Positions 47,701 through 61,028 of a stretch of DNA of 64,000 bases are shown here, piece by piece. The translations under genes were made by a program, and so were the position numbers. Numbering within the stretch: the stretch's first letter is position 1; every line of letters starts with the position of its first letter. This stretch comes from Marsupella aquatica (Eukaryota > Plantae > Marchantiophyta): positions 24,293,520 to 24,357,519 of the forward strand of contig OZ316893.1 in NCBI GenBank assembly GCA_973895155.1, given 5' to 3'. Under the pieces are notes generated by a model. It worked only from the letters and a program-made list of their open reading frames with translations. It was not told the DNA's origin and searched no databases.

Positions 47701-49983
47701 TGAGCTGACGGTGCGATTTCTAGAATGCTGGATAGATTTCAGAGGATAAATAATGAAAAGGGCGGATAAATTCTTCTACACTAGTGTTCACGGCAACGGC
47801 TGCAGATTTTCTACAGCCTTTGACGACACTAATCATTTTAATAATGGTACGAGCGGCGCTGTTGGAATGCCATAACACTAAAAGTGTGAATTTGTTCCGA
47901 GCATCCGAGGGAAGTCCGTGATAAGTGGAAGTGGATTTTCCTAATGTTCGGACGAGGCCAGAAAACAAACAACCGGGAAACATTCCATCCGAGAGAATAA
48001 CAGCTACCATCATAATTACCAAAGTTGATGACTTCTTCACAAAGCTTTGTACAGTTGGCATTTGGAGAGGCAAAATGTTTTTTGGCTAAAAGGAACAAGA
48101 AGCGCGCCGTACTTTTTGAGTCGGAGGGGGATTTCTGTGAAAGGTCCGTTCATTGTGGTGTTGACTGTACAAAACTGTAGTGATCTAAAGTTTTTTATTT
48201 GGGTGGAACGACTTCGATGTGAGTGAAGAGGACGTTCGCAGCCACTTGTGTAGCGGAAATCGGCTGCCTCTCAGCGATGAGTTCGTGAACATTTTATTCA
48301 GAATATGAGAAGCCCGTGGCGCAGCACTGACCATGAATGGGAACAGGCGATGGTGGTCTAGGTGTCTAGGCGTCATACTGCCCCCATGTTTATCCAGACA
48401 GCGTAATGCTATTATGCTAAGCCTGCCCACAGCAATTGCAAACTGCTCATCAGATCTGGTCGTCTAGTAAGAAATCAATCAAGAGGACATCCCTCCATCC
48501 TTATCACGGATCTTTACGACTGTTGATTATTTGACACTATCAATAGTCTCTACTGTAGTCCTTGCTTTTCTTCCTCAATTCTTGGTCTGGTAGTCTCTTT
48601 TTGTCCGCTCTTGGTAGGTGTGTCTCTTCTTACCCTTCCTCAATAGGACCCCCTGATTTCGTTGCCACTTGGGAAGGTCGGTAATGACGCGTTACTGTAG
48701 CTCTCGCATGCAAACTATGAGACAAGCGAAATCGCTGTCTGTTTTCTGCTTATGGTGGTCGTCCACTACAAGGAACCTTTTATCATGGCAGCGGAAGACC
48801 TACCCAGTACCCACGTTTCAGTAAGCAGCCAAGAGTGACCAACCTACAGAGTACAGACAATCAGTGGCAAATTACAATAATTGCGTAAGCTATAATAAGA
48901 GGCCAAGGTTCCGGGAAGCATCATGGGCAACCTGTGAAAATGTGGCAAACTACAATAAATGGCAAGCTCTAAGAAGGGAACTATGTTCCGAGACAACCCG
49001 TCAATAATGTGATACCTTTTGACCGTGTGTGACTAATGACTTGCAGGTCTAGGAGAGCTATAATTGTTACCCTCCCATAGGCCCTGTAACTTTTGCCAAA
49101 TTAGTGATTGGCAACGTTTGTTAGAACACGTTTTCGTCACGGACCGAGAGCTTCTTCAGACCTGTAGCCACCTCCATGGGCTCTAGGGACCGTGTGAGTT
49201 TGACCAGCGGATGCCAAGCTGTTGAATGGGTTTTCGCTTCTGGAAAGCTGTCAGTGGAGAATCTTAGAAACTCGTATACATGTAGATATTTTTGGTATAA
49301 AGAGATGAGATGCCACCGTAATTTGCAATAGCAGCATAGAATATCCAATTGGAAGCTTGGGCACGGAAGACAGTGGAGCATTTGTGTCTCAGCATTGAAA
49401 GAAATATTTGTATCACGACAACAAGTTTGACTCGGTTAATCCTTTTGCCAGGATACAAGCCGAGTGCTACAGGAGAGGCGCAAACGAATTCGATCGATCG
49501 CTTAGCTGGGTGAGGAATTGATTGATACGTGACCAAAAGCTTCGTTGAGACGACCGAGTGCGCAGGAGGCGCAGGAGGCCTTTTAAGAATAGGAGTTGAC
49601 CGGTGGCTTGCGGAGCACTTCAAGGAAAGTCGTGCACTAGACAGCGGTGAGGACAGCGTGGTACCGCGTCACTCCCCATTTCGTACTCGAAGTTCTAAAT
49701 TCAGGGCAAGGTCACTATCTCATAAAGAATCGGTACCCACTTCAGCTCGGGAAGCAGTGAAGCATTCCCATTGTGGATCATCACACTCAGAAGACGTAAG
49801 ATTCTCTGTTTGCAACGCTGGAGCACAAGATTTGGGAAGCTGATTTCATTGCAATCTTGGCTAGGAGCTGGTTGAAATCTGAGCAAGGTGGTCAGGTCGT
49901 TTATAAGGACGGAATTGGTCGAAATCGAGAAGGTTGACGTACTGCGAACATCAGTTTTGGAGTGGTTTTAGCCTCACATCACA

Positions 49984-52766
49984 ATGACGAAGGGGTGGAC
50001 AAAGTTTGGGATGCTAGCACCTGTTTGTATTGTGGCAGTGCTCGCATTGTTGGCGGGAGGCAGCAGCGCAGAGATGTGTGGTGTGGACTCCACAGACCCG
50101 GAGAGTATGAACTGCAATGCTGGCATGGAAGGCAGTGCGGGCATGGAAGGCGGTACAGTTTACGAGTCGCTGACAGTTGCACGAGTACCACTAGTCTCTG
50201 GCCTCTCGTACAATTTCTACGACAACTCATGCCCCCAGTACAAAACTATCATCCAACAAGCAGTCAGCCAGGCTCTACAATCAAATCCCTTGCACGCCGC
50301 TGGCCTCACTCGGATCATGTTCCACGATTGTTTCGTCCAGGTGTGTAACGCATTGCATTGCTCAATCATTCAGATTCATTGAAGTTTGTACTGCTGAAGT
50401 GTTTCCTGGCCTGTGATTGGGCTGATCATCTGAATATCTTTCCATTTGTTTCTAAGGATGACTGTCTGGGATGGATTAAGCCACCGCCATGCCGCTTTAG
50501 AGCGTTTAGTTTCATTATTCTCGTCATCAATGAAACAGGCCAAGCGTAGCTCCAGCATGATCCGTTCGCATTTTTATCGAATCTGGGACACTGATCTTTT
50601 CGTCTAGTTCGAACTGAATCGTTACTTTGTCTTCGTTTAGCCCTGTTTTCCTCCTGAGAAATGTGTCCACCGGTACGTTAAAAGTGTCGATCGTCCCTCG
50701 GTAGATATGTTCCTTTCTAACTACTGTAGTTGAAAGGCTTCTAATGGTGATTTTTGTTTGGCCTCGAGAAGACTTGTGATATCCGGTCAGTTCACAGTCT
50801 CTAGTTACTTCCCAGGTGTGCTGCCTCTCTCACAGCCTGTGCACTAATTTGTTTACATCAATGATAGCGATGTAGTTCGCTTCTCCGAGGAGTCGATTCT
50901 TCGCTGAGGACAATGCCTTCAATCCATAACGTGCGTTCGAAAGATGTCATAGTTAAACGAGAGACCCTCATTTTGACGTCCTTGTAGAGCTTCCTTGATA
51001 CGCGTAAACCAGGCTGGAAAGAGCAAGAAATGCTCGAAATGGTTACGTCTCGTGAAAAGTGGTCTATATACAATATAATAGTGATCAAAACCGATTGGTC
51101 ATGAGCAGGGATTTGAGGGTCTTTTGCAGCGTGTTGGTAGTAGCGTGATCAATGGTTGGGTTTTGCCAGCGGTCTGACCGTTTTCATCAATTGATTTCTG
51201 ACCAACTTTTCATTAATGCAGGGGTGTGATGCGTCTGTACTCCTGACCGGCGCAAATTCAGAGCAGGTAGACACTCCCAACCAAACTCTCAGGCAAGAAT
51301 CGCTCCAGCTGATCAACCAGATAAAGTCTACATTGGAGCAGACATGTCCCAACACTGTCTCCTGCGCTGACGTTATTTCTGAGGCGGCCGCTGAGGCCAT
51401 CAAGCAGGTATGTATCTTCAGAGTTGACGAGACTCTGGACATTTGCTCGTGTAGGCAATTGATTTCTTTAATGTCGATGAATTCCTCGAAGTTTTCTATG
51501 ATGTAGATTTTCGATTGCCACCAATATCGCCACCGGCCTAGGAAGGGCATGGTGGCTTTTCAGCAACACCGCCCTGTTATAGTTGCTTAATCACGTCGTC
51601 CATCTGTTCCTCGAAGTCTTTCCTGCTGGAGAAGGGTTTTGTAAATAATGTCTACTGGGTCACGTAGTACATCAATTGGATTGTGTACTGTATCCTGTGA
51701 TGAAACTCGAATATCTGGGTTCCCGGTTATTTTACGAAATCCGATTCCCAATGTTTTGGTACAGTGGTTGATTTGTTATACCCGATGTGATTTATTCAGG
51801 GATTGATTCAATACCGCCTATCTGAGCTTCAGGCTGATTGACGCTGAGATCATTGCCGTGATTGCAGGTGAACGGGCCAAAAGTAACAATGCCGATGGGC
51901 CGTCGCGACGGCACCTCGATGGCGTCGGCGAATACCGTCAACAACGGCCTTCCCTCCCCCTTTAAAAATGTCTCGGAAAATATGCCTATCTTCACCAACC
52001 TCGGCCTCGACTACAAAGACTACGTGGCTCTCTCTGGTAATCAGCTTGAAATTGAAATTGACTGTCAGCAAAGATTTGAGAGCATATGTATTGTGCAAAC
52101 TGATAGGCTACTGTGTATTCAGCTTCATCGTTCTTCATACTCATGGGCTATTGTTTCTACAAGGGGCCTTATGCTCTTCGGGTACATTCTGTTATGCTGA
52201 TGCCCAGTGTTGCGAATTGGGAGACTTGAAATGAGTCTCTTTCTCATCACGCAACTGGAAGAAGCAGTGAGCGCTTCTTGCTGCAACCGAAAATGGAGCC
52301 CCTCAATCTATTGCTGTGAAATTCCAGGCATTTATGTCTGCCAACCGATCCCACGAATTCTCATGTGTGGTTTCCTGTCTGTTGCACAGGCGCGCACACG
52401 CTCGGCCAGGCGCATTGCGCGGTCTTCAGCGGCCGTCTGAATCCACTGGACGCCAATTTGGACGTCAAGCTCGCGAGCTCTCTCCAGCAGCTGTGTCAGT
52501 CCGGCAACAACGCGCACTCTCTTGATGACACAATGAACACCTTCGACAATAAATACTACAAGCAAGTACTCTCGGGAGACGTCCTGCTCCAGTCGGACTC
52601 CTCCTTGGATTTGGACAGCCACACTTCGTATCTCGTGAAGCAATACGCCAGGAGCAACAGCAAATTTGATTCCCAGTTCGTGCGCTCGTTCCTGAAGATG
52701 AGTCAGCTTCATGTTCTCACCGGCAGCGCTGGCACAATCCGGAAAACCTGTACGGTTGCCAATTAA
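49984..52766 (+). CDS. Class III secretory heme peroxidase (4 exons)
   Basis: Signal peptide. Exons 49984-50340, 51222-51407, 51868-52036 and 52390-52766 have the typical class III intron positions. Motifs: LSYNFYDNSCP, RIMFHDCFVQ/GCDASVLL (distal Arg and His), CPNTVSCAD, GRRDG, VALS/GAHTLGQAHC (proximal His), FDNKYY, LLQSD and GTIRKTC. Confidence 0.96.
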
Positions 52767-52849
52767 TAATCGCTCTCGTTTGACACCACCTACCCTTCAC
52801 TTGACTGCACTTCTCGTTTCGGAATGAGCCCCATTTCACCATCCAGACT

Positions 52850-53035
52850 GAAGCGAGTGTAGGCATTATGTTGCTGATTGAATCTGAGGGATTTGACAAG
52901 AAAGAGAGCCCCAGTCTACCATTAAGACTGACTTCTCTGTGAAACAGGACACGCTTGGGAATCATTTTCATTGGAAGATTTAAAGCGAGTGTAGGCTTTG
53001 TGTTGCTGATTGAATCTGAAGGACCTGACAAGAAA
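52850..53035. repeat. About 55-bp direct repeat spaced about 133 bp apart
   Basis: AAGCGAGTGTAGGC.TT.TGTTGCTGATTGAATCTGA.GGA..TGACAAGAAA occurs at 52851 and 52983. Confidence 0.8.
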
Positions 53036-54470
53036 TGGAAATTTCCTCACAGAAGCTATATTTGATTGGAAAATACGGGAGAGATCCCCAGGGGTTACTC
53101 ATATAGTTTTGGAGACTCTGATTACCCTGATAATCAATCTGGGAGGAGTTTGGATGAGAGACTCTTCTGAGGTGCTCATTCTAGAGCTGAATTTTGTCAC
53201 AAGACTTGAATATCTTCTAGGCTGCCAGTAACACCGTGAAGAAGCCTACAGTGTGCAGGCTTGTGATTTGGAACGAGAAGTCGTTACTAGGTAATGATTT
53301 CAAGATACTCGTGAAGGATACAGCTAGTCAAGTCAGAGAGAGGGAAGACATTGTGTACAGATTCAGAGAGATTATAAATTTGTCTCATAGATTAGGAATA
53401 TTATATTGTCAGTGTCACATTTATTGGGAGAAATTGTTTAAACTGAGTGGGTTGACATTTGAATGTGCCATCTTGCCGTACGGAATGTTACCTGAAGCAG
53501 AGAGTTGATCTCATAGACTCTCCACAGAACGCGGAAGATTTCAGAATTTAGTTGAACTCGGTGGAATAACCTACGCCGAGGGAGACAAGTTCTCCTGTCA
53601 ACGGAACTGACAGCACGACATTATGGACAGTGTTTTTTCAATTCTTGGAAACACTACGTACCTAGATTTATTTGACATTGTCAGTTCATCTGCCTCCATA
53701 TCACAGCAGCTGATGAGACCGCAAGGACGACATTAGACGAGAGGTGGACACTAGACGAGAGGTGGTGGACACTAGACGAGAGGGGGAGGACCTCTAATTC
53801 TTGAATTGTTATTGGGCTGTTTCGGACTTCCTTCCGCGTTGTAGTTGCTCTTTTCGAGCCCATTTAGGACCTGGGACCATTTTCCCATGCATTCAATAAG
53901 GAATTGTGATACGGTTGGACTCCAGTTTGCCCTGAGTCGACGTTGTCTGACAAAGTTGGCATGCATCCCTATGAATCGTCGACAGGCGCATGCTCATGCT
54001 TGAAAGTAATCACTCGGGACACTTCTAACCGGAAAGGATTGTCAGAATGAAATAGTATTTGAATAAGAAGATGAGTCTCTGTCCAGAAGCTGCGTTTCAC
54101 TTCTTGAATGAACTTGACTGTGAAGCCCATAGGATCCAATCGGCACTCGAGACTTTCTGCGATATTTGGTACAGCAGAGTTGGAGATTGCAGAATTGGAC
54201 AATTCTTGAGGTGTTCACGATATGTCCCTATTGAAACCATTTGAAAGAATTGCTAAAAGAGATGTTCAGTAAATTGTCGTCGTGGCCCAAATCCCTCTCG
54301 TCCGGAGGAATGAAAATGTACAGTTACAATCGACCACGGATAAGATGAGCTCGAGTATGGCAACTCTAGCAGACTATACTAAACCTAAGTAACACCTGGG
54401 TGATCAAGGGCATCCATATCCAGTACGCCCTGCTGCCTCATAGTTTACTCAGCCCTCGAACCTCAGGCCC

Positions 54471-55016
54471 CTACACTCCTCCAGCCGGTACATCACCTGT
54501 TCTATGTCGTTGATCGAGTACAGTGGGGTTTCCGATTGGATCGGTAATGCCCTGCGCATATGCAAGAAGGCCAGGGTGTGCAACCATATCCCCATTGTCA
54601 ATGCAGTTCCGTCCATCAGTTACTCACAAATTCCTCCCTCTTTCTTCACACATGATCCGCGTCATCTTCTGCAACCTCTCATTAGTGCCAACTCCACCTA
54701 CAATCAACACTTCGCACGGGGGGCAATAGCTCTCAACCAGCATAGCCAACACTCTCTACCGTAGAGAAAAGCACAAGTCATCAGAAGTAAACTCATTTGT
54801 AGCAATCTTCGGATTTGCAACTTCCTCGATGATGCTCTCAATCCCACTGAACCAGACATCCATGGATTTCAGCCCACAAGACATCTCCGCAAACTCCTTC
54901 CCCTCCTTGGCCAGCTGCTCAGTGTTGTATCCGGGATTTAGATCATTTCAGATTTTCAGCACTCTTACAAATCTGTCCAAGCAGATGCCCAACATTCGGC
55001 AATAACCTTCACTACT
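54471..55016 (-). pseudogene. Kae1/OSGEP (t6A tRNA threonylcarbamoyltransferase, KEOPS) pseudogene fragment covering the C-terminal half, intronless
   Basis: The minus strand reads [122 protein letters not shown]. This matches the Kae1 motifs [41 protein letters not shown] and QRFRTDEV, but with stops, deletions and frameshifts. Confidence 0.9.
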
Positions 55017-55336
55017 AGCCCCCACTATTTGAAATTGAATAGAGGAGAGTACAATAAAAGTGACAACAAAAAGTATTTACTATTTCCATTCTTTTAAACT
55101 TAAATAATATTCACTATTGGCACCTACTACCCGTTTTTGGAACGAGAATAGAGTACAGGACTATAAAATTGTCAACAAAATATACTTATTGTTCCCATTC
55201 TTTGAAAGTTAGTGAAATGATAAAAAAAAAACCATCATGCCTGGCCCAATCATTTTAACAATCATACATATCATAAGAGCCTCCTTTCTATGCACAGATA
55301 TTATGGTGGGACTCTAGAGTCACGGTAGGTCTAGCG

Positions 55337-55405
55337 TCTTCACTCTAGAAGTTTGGACCTCAATTCTAACTTCACTCTAGAAGTCTGGACCTCAACTCTA
55401 GCTTC
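55337..55405. repeat. 32-bp tandem duplication
   Basis: CTTCACTCTAGAAGT(T/C)TGGACCTCAA(T/C)TCTA occurs twice. Confidence 0.8.
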
Positions 55406-57246
55406 CCTTTGGGCTTTGTATATAAAATGAGCTATCACTTGAGTGTTTCCATGGTGACAAAAGGGTCATCTGCACCACACACAAACCTCCCCATCTCAAT
55501 GTGGGCAATGGTCTATAGTGAAGCAAAATGTGACAAGATATGATGTCTTATGAATAACACTAAGTGATCTAACAATATAAGGTGTGCTGTGAATAAAATT
55601 CAATGATCTAAAGATAATAACTGGGTTTGTCAAGGTATGGAGTGACATAGTACATCCTACATGGTCACATTTTGATGTGTATTGTGCACATACACATGCT
55701 ACACACCCTACATTGTTTGTCACCCATATCCAGACATAGACACAATCTCAACATCACAAACATAAGAGAATGAGATACAAGTGTAACTCATGTCCACGCA
55801 GGTCCAAAACCTATAATAATTTTCACAAGATCGAACTCCAATCGATGCCAACAACATGCAATCGATCCCACCTGATCCAATCACACATTTATGTTGAGCA
55901 AAACACACGTTGCGTTCAAGGAATCCACAGTCATGTGCACACAATTTGGCCGGACACCATAGTTGCTAGAGCTCATGCTTGAATGCTCAACATAAAGGTG
56001 CTCAAGCCACCAGAAAGGGATAACTATCCCTCACCAACACAAATTGAATCCTAATAGCTCATATAACACACATACAAAACCTTATACTTGGATAATATGA
56101 TATACTCTGCTAACATCTAGAATGATGGGACATGTGCAATTACCAGGACACATGTTGACTAGGTCTCACATGTGTTTCTCTGTTGGGGATTATAACCCAT
56201 TAGCCCAAATGCCCAATCTTTACTCATAAATAGATGGTGAGTACAAGTCATGCCCATTTACACCTCCACCCACAATAGTACTTGTGCCCCTAGTCACCCT
56301 GGAGGCTTCACTATAGACCATCTTACTAATAAATCCCCATCAAAAGCTAGAGTTGGGTGAAGCTTTTAGAATGAAGCCTCTCCACAGTAACTCCCGGGCC
56401 CCACCAAAATGTATGTGGTTAGGAAAGGGCCTCACCCAAATGTATGCGGATAGGAAAAAGAATGAAATGTTGTGCAGGTCAAATAATTATCATGCATGAC
56501 GATTTTTGTCATGATTTCTTATTGATATTCAAATGCATTCTTTTCAGGCTTGTAGATACTAATTCAAGCTTTTCATCACACTTGACTAGACAAATAACTA
56601 CTGTAGATAGATAAGTCTCTGGTGGGGCATGGGTTGCCCCACACATGTCCATGACTTGTACAGTCATGTTCGTACCTACTGTAGAAATGGATTCTCGAGA
56701 AATTGAGGCCCGGCTTGCTAGTCCCAGTGAACATTCTCCTTCAATTCCGATCAACCTCCAACTCCATCTTCCAACAATAGCAATACATCCACACCTCAGG
56801 CCCAGCTTCTTGGACTCACTCAGCTCATCAGCTAACAACCACATGCCCAGCCTGCAGAGAGAAGCAGTGATTGATTGTCTGATTGAGTTTAGTGAGAGTC
56901 GTGTAGTCTCATGGGAAAGCTTTCATGACTAACACCCATCCACATTTCGCAGAGTAGCCAGCCATCCGCTGTGTTCAGTGTGTCTGCCATCGCTGGCAAC
57001 TTGAAGGACCGTCACACAGCTCCAATTTGTTCCAACATCTTCTTTTGTTTGTTGCCATGTGCATCTAAAACAGTCAAGGTATCGATCGATAAGCACGACG
57101 CATGATATTTCTTATCGTCAATGTGTTCGGCATTGCCGTCTGTATGTGATTGTCAATTGTCGCTGCGTCCTTCCTGCCTTCCTGCCCTGGCAGATTGATC
57201 CCTAAGCTTTCCGAGCCACATAAGTTTGACCTGTCGAGTCTTGGCG

Positions 57247-60200
57247 ATGGCGGTTGTTGGAGTGATATCTCTGAACTTGTTTGGGCCTGGAATCTCTTAC
57301 GGGAGGGCAATTGGAAGCACCCAGCTTGCTCCCAATGCTTGTTTGAGCCGGCCTTCTTCCTTCAGTGCCGGTAGTCTTGAGAGGACGCTACGTGGTGCTC
57401 GAGGACAGCAGCAGGAAAGAAGCAGCAGAGGGCGCAAAAATCATGGAATGCCTCGGGCAGCTCTGTCACAGTCCGTGGAAGCTTACCGCCGGGTGGGGGC
57501 AGCCAATTTGGAAAATTTGGACTTGACAAAGCTGGTGCAGTGTTTAGAGGAGGCCAGCGCTAAGGGAAGAGAGGCAAGTGCCTTTTCTCACTACTGAAAT
57601 TCAAACTGTTTGGAGGTGCTTGACTACTGAGAAGCCACTACTTAAAGAACTCAGGGTCAAGGTTCAGTGCACTCTTGTCTGGGAATTGGGTCCTGACGTG
57701 GAATTGGGTTGTTTGGTTTGTCATCCACCTCTTGGCTCTGAAATGATTGTTACATGGAGTCTTCGCAAATCAAGGACAGACCGTGTGAACAACTAGGCAG
57801 ACCCCGACATTGAACGGCTTTTAGCGGTATTGGAGTTTCGTATTGGAGTTTCGCACTGGCTTGTCTCTTGATTTCTATGCTTTTCGTACTTAGTGTCTAC
57901 CCTCCCAGTGAGTGATTTGTGTTATATCCCTTTCTACCGTTGTCAATGTCCAACTGTTAGGAAGAATACTGAGACTACAGTGTTATCTTCTTCAGATACA
58001 CCCGCATTGAAGGAAGTGAATGTAATCCTAGGAATAATGATTAAATGTGGAAGGTAATTACGGATGGCGTTGAATGTAGTGAAGATCATGGAGGCGTAGA
58101 TGTTTGCAAAGATCTTTGTGATCATGACAGTATAGTTACGCTCGTCATAAATGCACGTAAATGGAGAGACCTGACTTCGTAATGTTGGTTCTTGGAATGA
58201 ATCTCACGCTTCTTAACTGAAGTGGTCTATTTTCCTAGCTCTGTTGCTGCTGCTATGACAAAGTCCAGAGAATCTCATTAGTTGAGTGGATAACCGGAAC
58301 TTCCACATGTCAATACATCGATTGTCAAACTCGAGGGGACCTATCCGGATTAACAGAGAATGTGCGTACTCTACTTGCAGTGCAGGTAGTAATGGCAGCT
58401 GTTGATAAACCTCGGAGCATTGAGTATAAGGGAGTCGCAGACCTCGTAACAGAGTAATGATATTCAAGAATTTTCATGCGAGCACAATCTGTCAAAGTGT
58501 TTTGTAGTCGTTACCTCCTCAAGGCCGCTAAAAAGCCTTTTTCTACTTCCTAAGGTCCAGAGCAGCAATCTGGTTCGCTGCTTTTCATAAATTGGAGTCA
58601 GTGCATGTGAAGTATGATATTAGAAAAATTCACAATAATGACACTTATGTAGGAAGGCAACGTTATGTTTTCTTAAGGTGTTCTGTTATGTCAGAGTGTA
58701 TCTGACATAACATACGCGTAACAGGACAGACAGAAACAGCGAGGAAGCAATACTGGAGGTTGTAAGGAGATATTTCCCTGATCATCTTATACTGGGCGAG
58801 GAGGGAGGTGTGAGTGGAGACCCGTCATCAGAATATCTTTGGTGTGTTGACCCCTTGGGTATGTCCCTTTTCACCTTGTTATTCCACTGGCTGCTAATGA
58901 TATAAATGCCTTCACTGTGAGATTGACTTTTCTGTGTGATTTACGATGAAGCCCACGATACGATATGAATTTTACTTTGAATTGCGTATATATTCATGCT
59001 TGCAGTTTCATGCCACCTTTGCAGACGGCACCACGAACTTCGCTCAGAGCTACCCTAGTTTTGCTGTGTCCATTGCCATTCTATTCAAGGGAAGACCAGT
59101 TGCTGCTTCAGTGGTGAGACATTTACATTCCTCGCATATCTTTTTTGAGTACATATGAAACTGGAATTTAACTTCTGTCACCATGTACGAGGACGTTGTA
59201 GATTGCAAAACACCGGAAATTTTGTTTCATAGAAGCGACGACTGTTTATAGTGATTAATTCCGAGACTGGGCTTTGATAGGTGGAATTTGCAGGAGGTCC
59301 GTTCATTTGGGATACACGAACTTTTATAGCAACCTCAGGTTATTCGTCTCGTACCGTGTTTTCAGCACTCATCCTCGTATCATACTTATCTAATGGGTTT
59401 CCACTAGTTAAACTGGAAATATTGCAAGAATTTGTCTCGCAGTCATCAAATCTAAGGCATGGACTCCATCAGTTTGAGATTGTTGGTTCTCAATCATAAG
59501 GAGGTCTGCTCGGTGCTCATTGTACAGCAAGAACACCTGTGTCATTGATTTCTAACTGAAGACAACCTGAATGTTAACACTGAAAGGAGGAGGAGCATTT
59601 TGCAATGGAAGAAAAATAAGCTGCAGTCAAAGGGATCAGGTCAGCTTCTTGAGATTTTTCTTAATTTTTACAGTTTGTAGTTATCATGCTAACGTGATGG
59701 CGCTTGTAATGCACAATACCAAAAGGCTTCGTTGTTAATGCATCGTTTTCAATCAACATCGGAATGAAGGGCAAGGACTGCATGTCAAATTACTTAAAAC
59801 TATTATATGAGTGCATCAGAATTTAAAAAGTTATCTGTGCTAACATCAGGATCGTTTGTACCAGGTGGAAAGTTCGCTCTTTGTGACGGGATTTGGTTAT
59901 AATCATGATGCAGCTTGGGCCGCAAACCTCGACTTATTTAAAGAGTTCACAGATAAGAGCAGGGTATGTGGCTGATTTCGCCCATGCAGAGTCATTGGTC
60001 CATTTATTGAGAAAGCGTGCAAGATGTATTGGACATAAAATCTCGGTATGGAAAGAGATGGCAGGTTTCTATGATGAATTAACTTTGAATAAGTTCTGTC
60101 AATGTGGTTAGGGTGTAAGACGACTTGGATCAGCTGCAGTTGACATGTGTCATGTTGCTCTGGGAATTGTCGAATCTTATTGGGAGTACCGCTTGAGGCC

Positions 60201-61028
60201 GTGGGATATAGCAGCCGGAGTCCTGGTCTCTCATTCTCACTCTAATTTTTTCAATGTTTGCTTTCAGGGACCCCACGTTCCAACTTAGTTTTTCTCCTTT
60301 CAAGTTTTCATCGTTGGTTCTCATACAGCTATTGCTTTCTGTCCTCGGCACGTCCATTGAGTCACTGTGCCTGTCATCAAGATTAATGAGCCCTCTAGTC
60401 GGTCCCGTTTCCTGAATTTATCTAGTTTGTGTACCTCAGCTTACAGTCTGGCAGCAACGATCTTATGATTTGAATTGATTTGACAAACTGCATTTAAGAT
60501 GTCTGGTCCTGTGCAATTTCTTCTTTTGACAATGCTGTGATGGATTTCTTGCCTACCTCATATTGTAGATTGTCGAGGAGGCCGGTGGTAAGGTGACGCG
60601 CATGGATGGTGGTGACTTTTCCGTCTTCGATTCGTCCGTCATTGTATCCAATGGAGTCATTCATGACAAGGTAAGTTTTGAACCCTTAACTATTAAGTAG
60701 CTTAACCATTCCACGACTTTTAGCGAAAGATTGAAGTTCAGGTTTGCTACTTTGATGGAGATCAATATTAGTAAGAATTGAGCCTGATTTGAAGGATTTT
60801 GATATCTATATTGTACATTTATTTATGTCGGTCTTGCAATGCCAACTTGTGGGCTATTTGCCATCACAGTTCATTGCTCTCGACCAATTAAATCAGAGTG
60901 ACAATGATGAACATTGTGTTATGTGGCAGCTTCTGGAAATAATAGCTCCACCCACACGCAAACTCATCGACGATGGCTTTGACTTCTCACAGTGGTACAA
61001 ACCACAGGGCTACACTTCAGATGTATAG
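57247..61028 (+). CDS. IMPL1: Chloroplast myo-inositol monophosphatase-like 1
   Basis: Spliced exons give [137 protein letters not shown] and [16 protein letters not shown]. The N-terminus is transit-peptide-like. Intron 1 appears to be GC-AG. Confidence 0.95.

Noticed and set aside
47340-48098. Minus-strand ORFs of about 100 aa as a gene or transposase remnant
   Set aside because: No recognisable motif or consistent splice model was found. A homology search would be needed.
55420-56460. LTR retrotransposon remnant
   Set aside because: The composition is suggestive, but no paired termini or coding motifs could be identified.
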